The position numbers were made by a program, and so were the translations under genes. Under the pieces are notes generated by a model. That model did not search any database and was not told the DNA's origin. It saw only the letters and a program-made list of their open reading frames with translations. A stretch of 13,175 nt of DNA from a virus: the IMG/VR virus record IMGVR_UViG_3300027863_000016, positions 1-13,175 of that record. The stretch is one strand, 5' to 3'. Every line of letters begins with the position of its first letter. Positions within the stretch are counted from its first letter, which is position 1. Positions 5,321-12,028 of this stretch are shown piece by piece.

Positions 5321-5834
5321 ATTCCTGGAGACCGTCGCTCACTACTACCGTTTGGAGATACGGTATGAGAACCTGCAGAATGAGCACCCCGGGCGTCTCG
5401 GAGTAGCCCGGCCTGCCAAAGGGCTAATTGTCCTAGATATATCCATTCGCGGGACCCGACAGGAGAAATGCGTTTTGGCCGAGGAGATTGGACATTGCCT
5501 TTATCCCCCCGTTGCAGATCATCGGTTGTTTTACAGCAAGAGGTTTTACACTCTCGATTCACATCAAAAGCGTGATCTGCGCCGCGATGTTTGGAGAGAG
5601 GAGCGGGCCGCCCGTTGCTGGGCTGCCGATGTTTTGATCCCTGACTATTGTTTTTGGGACTTCTTTGATATCGGTCCCCATGAAATGGAAGAATGGTGTG
5701 AGCGCTTCGATGTTGAGCCATGGCTTGTGGCTTTTAAGATTGCCTACCTACATAGTAAGGGGCGCCAGTCTGGCGGTCGGTTCTTTAAGTGGCACCAGGC
5801 CGTAAAGGGGTCATGTGTGCGTGCGCTGGCGTGA
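5313..5834 (+). CDS. ImmA/IrrE-like (M78 metallopeptidase fold) protein with a variant metal-binding motif
   Basis: The likely start is the GTG at 5313, preceded by GAAGGAAGGG and 6 nt. The ORF track start at 5082 lies upstream of the promoter. LIVLDISIRGTRQEKCVLAEEIGHCLYP...EERAARCWAADVLIPDYCF aligns by eye with the ImmA pattern (...FTLAHELGH...E.EAN.FAA.LLMP), but HExxH reads EEIGH here. Confidence 0.6.
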   Translation: MLRFLETVAHYYRLEIRYENLQNEHPGRLGVARPAKGLIVLDISIRGTRQEKCVLAEEIGHCLYPPVADHRLFYSKRFYTLDSHQKRDLRRDVWREERAARCWAADVLIPDYCFWDFFDIGPHEMEEWCERFDVEPWLVAFKIAYLHSKGRQSGGRFFKWHQAVKGSCVRALA

Positions 5835-5857
5835 GACATGCCGGATATTAAGGAGCG

Positions 5858-5877
5858 GGCCCGGGGGTACCCGGGCC
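5858..5877. terminator. 8-bp perfect GC hairpin between convergent genes
   Basis: ggcccggg (5858-5865), loop ggta, cccgggcc (5870-5877). No clear U-tract follows, so termination function is uncertain. Confidence 0.35.
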
Positions 5878-5950
5878 TTCGCTGTCCGTAAGACTCTTAA
5901 GAAAAGAGGACTATCGTTCCATGTCCCGCTCGATACCTTCACATAGTCGT

Positions 5951-6553
5951 CTACTTATCGTAAACCTTTCCGTATTGAACCTCTTTTAAGGTGATAAGAT
6001 AATAATTCTGGTATTGGCTAAGGTCGGAATTAAGTTGGTCCTGGCTGACATCGCCAGTAAGATATTCTGCCATATCGCTTACTGCATTAAGGGCAAAATC
6101 GGTCGTTGTAGCAACGTCAGATTGAATAAAACACCATGTTGGGTTAATCCCATTTGCAATGTCGGCAGACGCAGCACCCTGGGGCGGCGCAACGGCATCG
6201 CCTTTTGCCGATAAGGCTCTTGCTTCCTGCCCCTCAAAGGAGAACCAGCCAGGGTCTTCGGCACTAATTTGCTGATTTGTACCTGGTTGTAGCCCTTGAA
6301 AGCGTTCGTAGGCCTCGTTAAATTGGTCGTTTGTCCATAACAGGACGGCCTCTAATTCGTTCTGGGATAGAAGTTTGGGCGGCGCTGGAGTTGGCGCCGT
6401 CTTCGTCTGTGCCGATTTTCCCGATGCGTGCGATGGCGGGGAAGAGGTAGGAGCGGAGGGCGTCGATACCGAGGTATGCGTGCCCCCGCACCCAACCAGA
6501 ATCACCATGAGGAAAACAAGGATTGCCGCCCAGCCAATAGCGCGTTTAGCCAT
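5951..6553 (-). CDS. Secreted lipoprotein (200 aa) with a Pro/Ser/Thr-rich linker
   Basis: The ATG at 6553 is preceded by AAAGGAGGGG. The signal peptide is MAKRAIGWAAILVFLMVILVGC with lipobox LVGC, followed by GGTHTSVSTPSAPTSSPPSH...TAPTPAPP. The upstream extension in the ORF track (to 6661) runs through the TMP terminator. Confidence 0.8.
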   Translation of the reverse strand: MAKRAIGWAAILVFLMVILVGCGGTHTSVSTPSAPTSSPPSHASGKSAQTKTAPTPAPPKLLSQNELEAVLLWTNDQFNEAYERFQGLQPGTNQQISAEDPGWFSFEGQEARALSAKGDAVAPPQGAASADIANGINPTWCFIQSDVATTTDFALNAVSDMAEYLTGDVSQDQLNSDLSQYQNYYLITLKEVQYGKVYDK

Positions 6554-6628
6554 AGAAACCCCTCCTTTTGCCATGGTTATTCTGGCGCCAGGAAGATTTT
6601 CCTCTTTCCGGCGTTTTCCGGTCCCGGG

Positions 6629-6669
6629 AAAAAAAGATACCCCCGGCGCCCGTTCGAGCAACCGGGGGT
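6629..6669 (-). terminator. Rho-independent terminator after the tape measure gene
   Basis: The minus strand reads ACCCCCGG (6669-6662), a 15-nt loop, CCGGGGGT (6646-6639), then atc and TTTTTTT (6635-6629). Confidence 0.75.
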
Positions 6670-6711
6670 CTTGTTTAGTCCTCCAGCCCGGGACCGGGGT
6701 CCGCGCCGTCC

Positions 6712-8727
6712 TTAATAGACCGTAAGCACCTCGGCTGGCCGGCCGTAGGATATCTTGCGGCCCGTCCGCCCCAACTCCTTGATTACCTCCCGAGCTATCG
6801 CCTTCGGATCCTGGTTGGACTGGATGATGATGTTGATGTCTCCGTTATGCTGGCCGCCATAGAGCTTTGGCATCGACGAGCCCGGAATAGCGGCGGCGGC
6901 CATTTGCGAGGCCGCCCGCGATACGTAGTGCAGGTTGCCGGTCATGCCCTGAGCGAAGCCCAAGGCCGTGTATTGGCCGAACTGGGCCATGAGCCTCGAT
7001 GGCGAACTGATCCCCAGGAAATGCTTCACCGGGTCCACGACATTGCTCCTGAAGAAGTTGGACACCTGGGTCTTGAGCCAGCTTTCCAGCCTTACGATGC
7101 CCTGGACGAAGCCCTTGATGAAGCTGTCGCCCCACTGCATGGCCTCGGCCGGGAGATTCCTGAAGAACTCCTGAACTATGGCCCACTCGGTCGTGACCCA
7201 TTTGACCGTGGCCGCCCAATGCCCCCGGATGTTTCCCCAGTTATTGCGCCAGGCCAGCCAGAGGGCGGCCACGATGAGGATTAGGCCCTCTATTACCCAC
7301 AGGATAGGCCCGCCGGCTACCTGAACGGCAATGAGCGGGCCGACAAGCCCGCTGAAGGCTGTACCGATAGCCCTGATTACGGTGACGATCAGCCCCAGGT
7401 TCTTCAGGTATCCGATGCCGGCCCCAAGCAGCATCAGTGGCCCGACGACAAGCATAGCGGCAGATGCTATCGAAGTAAAAACAACGATGAATCGCATCAG
7501 CGGCGAGTGGGTTTGGACAAAACGCAAGACCACCGCCAGTACCTTGTTAAGGTTGGTCAGGAGTGGCAAGAGCGCTGGCGCTACGTTCTTGCCGAACGCC
7601 GTAAATATGTCGTGCAGCGTAGATACGAGCTGCTTTGTCTGCCCACCCCACGTTGCATTTTGTGCGGCCTGCATCTGGTTCACGGTCGGCGACGTTCGCA
7701 TCTGTTGCTGTACTCCTGTGTACAGACCCGCCGCCCCCGGGCTGGCCATTATCATGGCTACCCGCTCCCCCTGAAGCCCGAAGATGTTCTTCAGTAGCGG
7801 CACCATCACATTCGCGTCGCCGCGGAACCGCTTGCTGAAGTCCTGCATGATCTTGACCGATTCCGGGATCCCCACGAAAGCACCCTGGGCGTTCTCAAAC
7901 ACGGAGTGCCCGTTATGGACGAAGCCGGCCGCTATCATGGATTCGTCGGCCTTCTTGCCGGAGGAGCCGTAGATGCTCCGCGTAAGGAAATCCTGAAAGT
8001 TCGTTCCACCCCGGCCGGAGCCAAGGCCCATCCGGGAAAGCCATGCCGTGGTTGCAAGAGCATCCTGGAAACTCATGCCCATTACCTTTCCTGTGGTTGC
8101 GACGTACTTAAAGGTTGTGGCGAACTCGCTGGCCGTGTCGTGCGTGTGCATCAGCGCGGCATTCAGTTGGTTAAGAAACGGGGAGACCTGGGCCCCTGAG
8201 TAAAGTTGGTACTGGTGGGCCATTTTTACGGCGTCCGCTGTCACATCGGGAGCGTTTTCACCCTTTTGGAGCTTTTGCACGTCGGCAAAGTTGACGTACT
8301 CCTGCAAAAGATCGGGGTTTAACACCGCCTGTTTTGTCAGGCCAGAGGTAGCCATTGCCTGCATAATGCCGCCTACATCGGTAGCGGCGAATATAGTCGG
8401 GATGCCGGTAGTCTGCGCTAGGTTGATGGCCTTCTCGAACTCGGCATTGGTCAGCCCAAGGGCGTTCTTGACGCCCATCATGGACGCTTGAAGTTGGCCG
8501 TATGCATCAGCAGCCTTGACCAGTCCATAGGCCAGCCCCGCGCCGACTACGGTCAAGCCGGCCCCCACCATTGCCATGTTCTTCAAGCTGGTGAGTTTGG
8601 CTTGCATGGCCTCAGCTTGTGCGCTCATGGTTCCCATCTGTGCGCTCATCTTAGTCATTGGGCCTGTCATGTAGTCGTAAGCCCGGATGGCCACGCCAAC
8701 CTCAAAGGTTTTCTCCAACATACCCAC
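6712..8727 (-). CDS. Phage tail tape measure protein (TP901-type core region)
   Basis: 671 aa. The N-terminal helical part has GLTNAEFEKAINLAQTTGIP...ATDVGGIMQAMATSGL and GMSFQDALATTAWLSRMGLGSGRGGTNFQDFL, which fits the tape-measure core pattern. A cluster of hydrophobic helices spans about residues 420-500. The C-terminal LGISSPSRLMAQFGQYTALGFAQG motif is typical. The GTG start at 8727 abuts the upstream TAG. Confidence 0.85.
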   Translation of the reverse strand: MGMLEKTFEVGVAIRAYDYMTGPMTKMSAQMGTMSAQAEAMQAKLTSLKNMAMVGAGLTVVGAGLAYGLVKAADAYGQLQASMMGVKNALGLTNAEFEKAINLAQTTGIPTIFAATDVGGIMQAMATSGLTKQAVLNPDLLQEYVNFADVQKLQKGENAPDVTADAVKMAHQYQLYSGAQVSPFLNQLNAALMHTHDTASEFATTFKYVATTGKVMGMSFQDALATTAWLSRMGLGSGRGGTNFQDFLTRSIYGSSGKKADESMIAAGFVHNGHSVFENAQGAFVGIPESVKIMQDFSKRFRGDANVMVPLLKNIFGLQGERVAMIMASPGAAGLYTGVQQQMRTSPTVNQMQAAQNATWGGQTKQLVSTLHDIFTAFGKNVAPALLPLLTNLNKVLAVVLRFVQTHSPLMRFIVVFTSIASAAMLVVGPLMLLGAGIGYLKNLGLIVTVIRAIGTAFSGLVGPLIAVQVAGGPILWVIEGLILIVAALWLAWRNNWGNIRGHWAATVKWVTTEWAIVQEFFRNLPAEAMQWGDSFIKGFVQGIVRLESWLKTQVSNFFRSNVVDPVKHFLGISSPSRLMAQFGQYTALGFAQGMTGNLHYVSRAASQMAAAAIPGSSMPKLYGGQHNGDINIIIQSNQDPKAIAREVIKELGRTGRKISYGRPAEVLTVY

Positions 8728-9138
8728 CTACATCGCCCCTTTCACACTCAGTCCGGCCTTTTCGGCGCAGGTCTTGCAGTAACTCGGCGGCTGACTATCG
8801 ACCAGGTGAGCGGGGTGGTGGCCCGTGCCGGCGTAGCACTCCGGGCAGACCCGCCGGCTGCAGGCTGCACATGAGACGCACACCGGAACCTCTTCCCCAC
8901 AAGCCTGGCAGCGCTCGGTCTTCACGGCCATCTTCCGGTACCGGTCCCGGGCCGCGGCGAAGTGCCGCTTGAAGGTGTGCCGGTCGAAGCCCGGGAGGGT
9001 ATTGCACCCGGAGCCCTTCAATGCGTTCCAGATTATCCCCTCGACCTGTTTTGGGGTCTTGCCGATAGTGCACCAGCGCCGCAGGCCTTCGGTGTAGTCA
9101 CGGACAGTCTCTTCGTTAAGATCCAAGGCCTTCACCAC
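8728..9138 (-). CDS. Cys-rich (multi-CxxC, zinc-ribbon-like) hypothetical protein
   Basis: The frame is open from about 9240. The preferred start is the GTG at 9138 or the TTG at 9126, both preceded by AAAGGTGGTGAAGG and overlapping the upstream stop at 9116. The C-terminus is CQACGEEVPVCVSCAACSRRVCPECYAGTGHHPAHLVDSQPPSYCKTCAEK. The stop abuts the TMP start. The true start is uncertain. Confidence 0.6.
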   Translation of the reverse strand: MVKALDLNEETVRDYTEGLRRWCTIGKTPKQVEGIIWNALKGSGCNTLPGFDRHTFKRHFAAARDRYRKMAVKTERCQACGEEVPVCVSCAACSRRVCPECYAGTGHHPAHLVDSQPPSYCKTCAEKAGLSVKGAM

Positions 9139-9370
9139 CTTTCGTACTGTTTTCTGCTTCCTGCAGGGCCTTCTCAAACTGGGCCCGGTCTTCGGCATCG
9201 AGCAGGTCCGCAATGCCGAGTTCCTTTGCCCCGCGAAGGATTACCGCCAACCCATCGCAAGGGAGTAGCCGGGACGGCGCACATGCCGAATGGAATCGAC
9301 CGCGGTTTACCTGACATTTCCACCCCTCCTTTGATGCTTTGGCAGCAAAGTTGTCATTATCACCCCCCAT
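9116..9370 (-). CDS. Hypothetical protein (84 aa)
   Basis: The ATG at 9370 overlaps the TerL stop (ATGGGGGGTGA). The C-terminal half GLAVILRGAKELGIADLLDAEDRAQFEKALQEAEN looks protein-like, but the SD is weak. An alternative 47-aa ORF in another frame has a much stronger SD (AAAGGAGGGG, ATG near 9297). Confidence 0.4.
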   Translation of the reverse strand: MGGDNDNFAAKASKEGWKCQVNRGRFHSACAPSRLLPCDGLAVILRGAKELGIADLLDAEDRAQFEKALQEAENSTKGGEGLGS

Positions 9371-10805
9371 ATCCCTGGTTGACCACCAGGTCAAACAAAC
9401 TCGTGTTGTACATGCTTTCAAGCAGTTCTTCCCGGGAAACCGTCATCGTCGAAAACTCAACCTTTCTTTGTCGGGAAGGAGCGAACGCCAACACCACCGC
9501 ATCTGCCCGGTCAGGCGACGCCAGGCCCCGCTTCTTCATGTCCTTTTTGGGCTCCAGGGTGATCTTGCCCTTGCTGGTGATGGTGTACTTCCGGGTGGTC
9601 AATTGCCCCACCAAGTCATCGTCGTTAACCAGTTGCGGCTCCTCATCTTGCAGCAGGTCCCGCAAGTGGGCCCATGTCTCAGCGCCCCAGTTCTCGTAGT
9701 GCTCAGAGTCGGTCGCCGTCCCCCCGTTGTGGCAATCAACAATCTCTATAGCCAGGTCCTGTTCCTTAACCACTTCCCGGCATCGGTCGGTCACCGCGCC
9801 ACCAACCCCGTCGTCATCGATCCTGACCACGCATTTGGGCTTGCCGTACTTGGCCATCAGCTTCTTGGCAGCCGCCAGAACCTGGCCGCTCGTGACCATG
9901 GTGTCCTGCTTCGAGTGCGCCTCCTGGTGGATTTGCTTCAGCCCAATCCTGGCCGCAATCACCGTCTCATCGTCACCGAACCGGGCCACGTCAACGCCCA
10001 ACTCCAGGGAGCCATCAGCCTCTATTTCCCGCATGGTAGCGGCTTCGACGATATCCAGAGGGATGAACGTGTCAGGCTCGGCCTTTGGAAATTCGCCCAG
10101 GACGCGAACCCGGTAGACGTCGGAGTCCTCGTGGTATTTCCTTTTGAGCCGTTCGGCGTATTCTTTCGTGACCCGGGGGCTGTCCAGGCATGATACTCGC
10201 TTCGTCCAGTACAGGGCCCGGTCCTTGAAAAAGGCATCGTGGAAGACGCCGCTGTTCTTCGTTGGGTTGCTGCACAAAAGGAGCTTGGCGTCCGCCGTGG
10301 TCAGCGCGCCCTCAATGGCTTCAAAGATCCCATCGGCAACGCCGGAGGCTTCGTCTATGATGAACAAGATGTGGTCTTCATGGAAGCCAGCCAAGTTTTC
10401 CGGCTTGTTGCTGGTCCTGGCCACCGCGAACCACCGAGAAGCATGTTGCTTGCGGACAATGCGCGTCTTCTGCCACTCAAACTCCGCTTTCAGGGCCGGC
10501 GCGTTCTCGATCCACTTGGCTGCCTCCGGCCAGAGAACGTCAAAGAGTTGCTGGCGCGTTGGAGCGGTACACGGGATCTTGGGAAAGGGCCGGGTAAACA
10601 TAAACCACAGCAGGACCCATGCTTCCAGGGCCGTCTTGCCTACGCCATGACCGGAGCGGATGGCAAGCCGCGGGTGGCGGCCGATGGCGGCCAGGGCCTC
10701 GTCTTGCCACGGGTCCGGATCGGCATGGAGTACGCTGCGAACAAAAAGGCCTGGCTCATTCGCCAGGCGCCGAAATGTGGCCACGGCCTCTTTACTCGCT
10801 GACAT
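9360..10805 (-). CDS. terL: Terminase large subunit (ATPase plus nuclease)
   Basis: Walker A is RSGHGVGKT and Walker B is ILFIIDEASGV. LGEFP and the C-terminal RNaseH-like nuclease motif GVDVARFGDDETV are present. The gene overlaps the upstream small-terminase candidate. The start is either the ATG at 10805 or an upstream TTG/GTG (10814/10811). Confidence 0.9.
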   Translation of the reverse strand: MSASKEAVATFRRLANEPGLFVRSVLHADPDPWQDEALAAIGRHPRLAIRSGHGVGKTALEAWVLLWFMFTRPFPKIPCTAPTRQQLFDVLWPEAAKWIENAPALKAEFEWQKTRIVRKQHASRWFAVARTSNKPENLAGFHEDHILFIIDEASGVADGIFEAIEGALTTADAKLLLCSNPTKNSGVFHDAFFKDRALYWTKRVSCLDSPRVTKEYAERLKRKYHEDSDVYRVRVLGEFPKAEPDTFIPLDIVEAATMREIEADGSLELGVDVARFGDDETVIAARIGLKQIHQEAHSKQDTMVTSGQVLAAAKKLMAKYGKPKCVVRIDDDGVGGAVTDRCREVVKEQDLAIEIVDCHNGGTATDSEHYENWGAETWAHLRDLLQDEEPQLVNDDDLVGQLTTRKYTITSKGKITLEPKKDMKKRGLASPDRADAVVLAFAPSRQRKVEFSTMTVSREELLESMYNTSLFDLVVNQGYGG

Positions 10806-11337
10806 CCTCACCAACCCAAACTGCCTGCAGGATGTTGGTCAGGTGGTCTAGGGCATCCGCCTGCTTGGACGCTGGATCGTCGCCCAGAAGCTCCAATTTC
10901 GTCCTCATGGCCTGGCGAATCTCCGCAGCGGTTTTCTCGTGGAGCGCAACTAGGCTCATTGGCGGCCGTGGTACCCTCCTCTCTGCCGGTTCCTCCTGCG
11001 GTTTCAGAATATCGGTGAGCCACGCCCTGGCCTGCTGGTGCAGGCTATGGTTGCCCTGGATAACGCTGTCCAGGATCTCCAGGTCGGACAGCCGCTTTTC
11101 AACGGCCTCCTGCATGACCGCCTGGGATTGCTGATACTGTTCCCGAACAGCCGCAGGAACGTCGAAGTGCTCCCTGAAATGTCGGCCGATGGCCGGGTTA
11201 GAAATCGACTCACCCATCTCGGCCAGCCGGCGTTCAACCTCCCGGTAGCGTACACCGTCTTGCTTGACCCATTGTTCGATTTGCGCCCGGTGGGGGCTGT
11301 GACAGACTTTACAGCGTCCAATGACCACCTCAGCCAT
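10792..11337 (-). CDS. terS: Candidate terminase small subunit (N-terminal CxxC plus HTH-like segment, helical C-terminus)
   Basis: The ATG at 11337 follows GAAGGAGTGA and 5 nt. GRCKVCHSPHRAQIEQWVKQDGVRYREVERRLAEMGESISNPAIGRHFREH resembles phage small-terminase and DNA-recognition proteins. It overlaps terL by 14 nt. The call rests mainly on position. Confidence 0.55.
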   Translation of the reverse strand: MAEVVIGRCKVCHSPHRAQIEQWVKQDGVRYREVERRLAEMGESISNPAIGRHFREHFDVPAAVREQYQQSQAVMQEAVEKRLSDLEILDSVIQGNHSLHQQARAWLTDILKPQEEPAERRVPRPPMSLVALHEKTAAEIRQAMRTKLELLGDDPASKQADALDHLTNILQAVWVGEDVSE

Positions 11338-11371
11338 CTGAATCACTCCTTCGCGAACTACCATTTTCTTG

Positions 11372-11407
11372 ATGCAAAGTGCAACGTTGCAAAACTGTGC
11401 ATTGCGA
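11372..11407. promoter_or_regulatory. TGCAA-repeat / palindrome cluster upstream of the terminase genes
   Basis: A perfect 12-bp palindrome TGCAACGTTGCA sits at 11380-11391, flanked by further TGCAA/TGCA copies. On the minus strand a weak TTGCAA-18-GAAAAT promoter can be drawn. Confidence 0.4.
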
Positions 11408-11414
11408 CGCCGGT

Positions 11415-11702
11415 TTACGGCAAGCCTTCATCACGGACCACCGGGGCTTTCCCTAACCACTCGATGAACGCCGTCAAGTCATCCTCGCCACCCTCAGCTA
11501 GGTATTCCCGCAGCTTGTTTGCGTACCAGTCTGCGTAATGGACCGTCTCGCGTCCTTCCGCGTGTTCGACCAGGTCCTTGGTTATGGCGTTGCAGGCATC
11601 CGGATACCGTATTACGGCCTGGACCCACCGCCGTTCAAGCTCGAAGTTTATTGTCTTCCTTGTCACCAGGGCTTTAAGGCGCCGCCTGTTGTTCACATTC
11701 AT
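11415..11702 (-). CDS. Hypothetical protein (about 95 aa)
   Basis: The start is the ATG at 11702 or the in-frame GTG at 11696, after ACGGAGGG. The product is MNVNNRRRLKALVTRKTINFELERRWVQAVIRYPDACNAITKDLVEHAEG...FIEWLGKAP. I recognise no family. It sits where late-gene activators often lie, which is inference only. Confidence 0.55.
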   Translation of the reverse strand: MNVNNRRRLKALVTRKTINFELERRWVQAVIRYPDACNAITKDLVEHAEGRETVHYADWYANKLREYLAEGGEDDLTAFIEWLGKAPVVRDEGLP

Positions 11703-11868
11703 CCCTCCGTTTGGACCTGGCATCCGTTGAGCGGGTCCGCTTTTCATACTTACCCCTGCGGATTGCCCGCTTCCAGATTTCCGCGTCATGCGCCAGAAGG
11801 CTTATCAACTCCGCTTCTGTCAGATAGAGTTCACATTTAGTCAATTTGAGCGCGATCATCTTTTCCAT
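11674..11868 (-). CDS. Hypothetical protein (64 aa)
   Basis: The ATG at 11868 follows GGAGGTGG and 7 nt. The product is MEKMIALKLTKCELYLTEAELISLLAHDAEIWKRAIRRGKYEKRTRS... with a basic tail. It overlaps the next gene by about 25 nt. Confidence 0.55.
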   Translation of the reverse strand: MEKMIALKLTKCELYLTEAELISLLAHDAEIWKRAIRRGKYEKRTRSTDARSKRRDECEQQAAP

Positions 11869-12028
11869 GCTCAGACCACCTCCGGTAAGGTCATTTGTTG
11901 CGTCATCTGGCCGGTGTCCCGCTCCGGTCCTGGATTGATCCGCCGGGCGCTGGACACCCGCATTCATGGGCGGCGAAGGATTCCTCCACCTGGTCATAGG
12001 CGCTCAGGACGGCCGCCGCAAAGAGTCG

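Noticed and set aside
6554-6661. N-terminal extension of the lipoprotein ORF (starts at 6661 or 6574)
   Set aside because: The extension overlaps the TMP terminator hairpin. The ATG at 6553 has an AAAGGAGGGG SD and yields a canonical signal peptide beginning with Met-Ala-Lys-Arg.
8728-9370. Programmed frameshift (G/GT-type tail chaperone) between the 84-aa ORF and the Cys-rich ORF
   Set aside because: The downstream frame is +1 relative to the upstream one, not -1. I found no X-XXY-YYZ slippery heptamer in the 9116-9240 overlap. The downstream part is Cys-rich rather than chaperone-like. An internal GTG/TTG start with its own SD explains the overlap.
9339-10193. Long plus-strand ORFs antisense to TerL (9339-10193, 9727-10116, 10144-10650, 10239-10802, 10619-11134)
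   Set aside because: They lie entirely inside well-supported minus-strand genes. They have no SD or recognisable motifs and show Arg/Pro/Gly-rich composition typical of antisense frames in GC-rich DNA.
11869-11997. Upstream extensions of the 64-aa, 95-aa and TerS ORFs (starts at 11997, 11789 and 11364)
   Set aside because: Internal starts at 11868, 11702/11696 and 11337 each have strong GGAGG-type SDs at proper spacing. The extensions are Pro/Gly/Arg-rich and overlap upstream genes or gaps.
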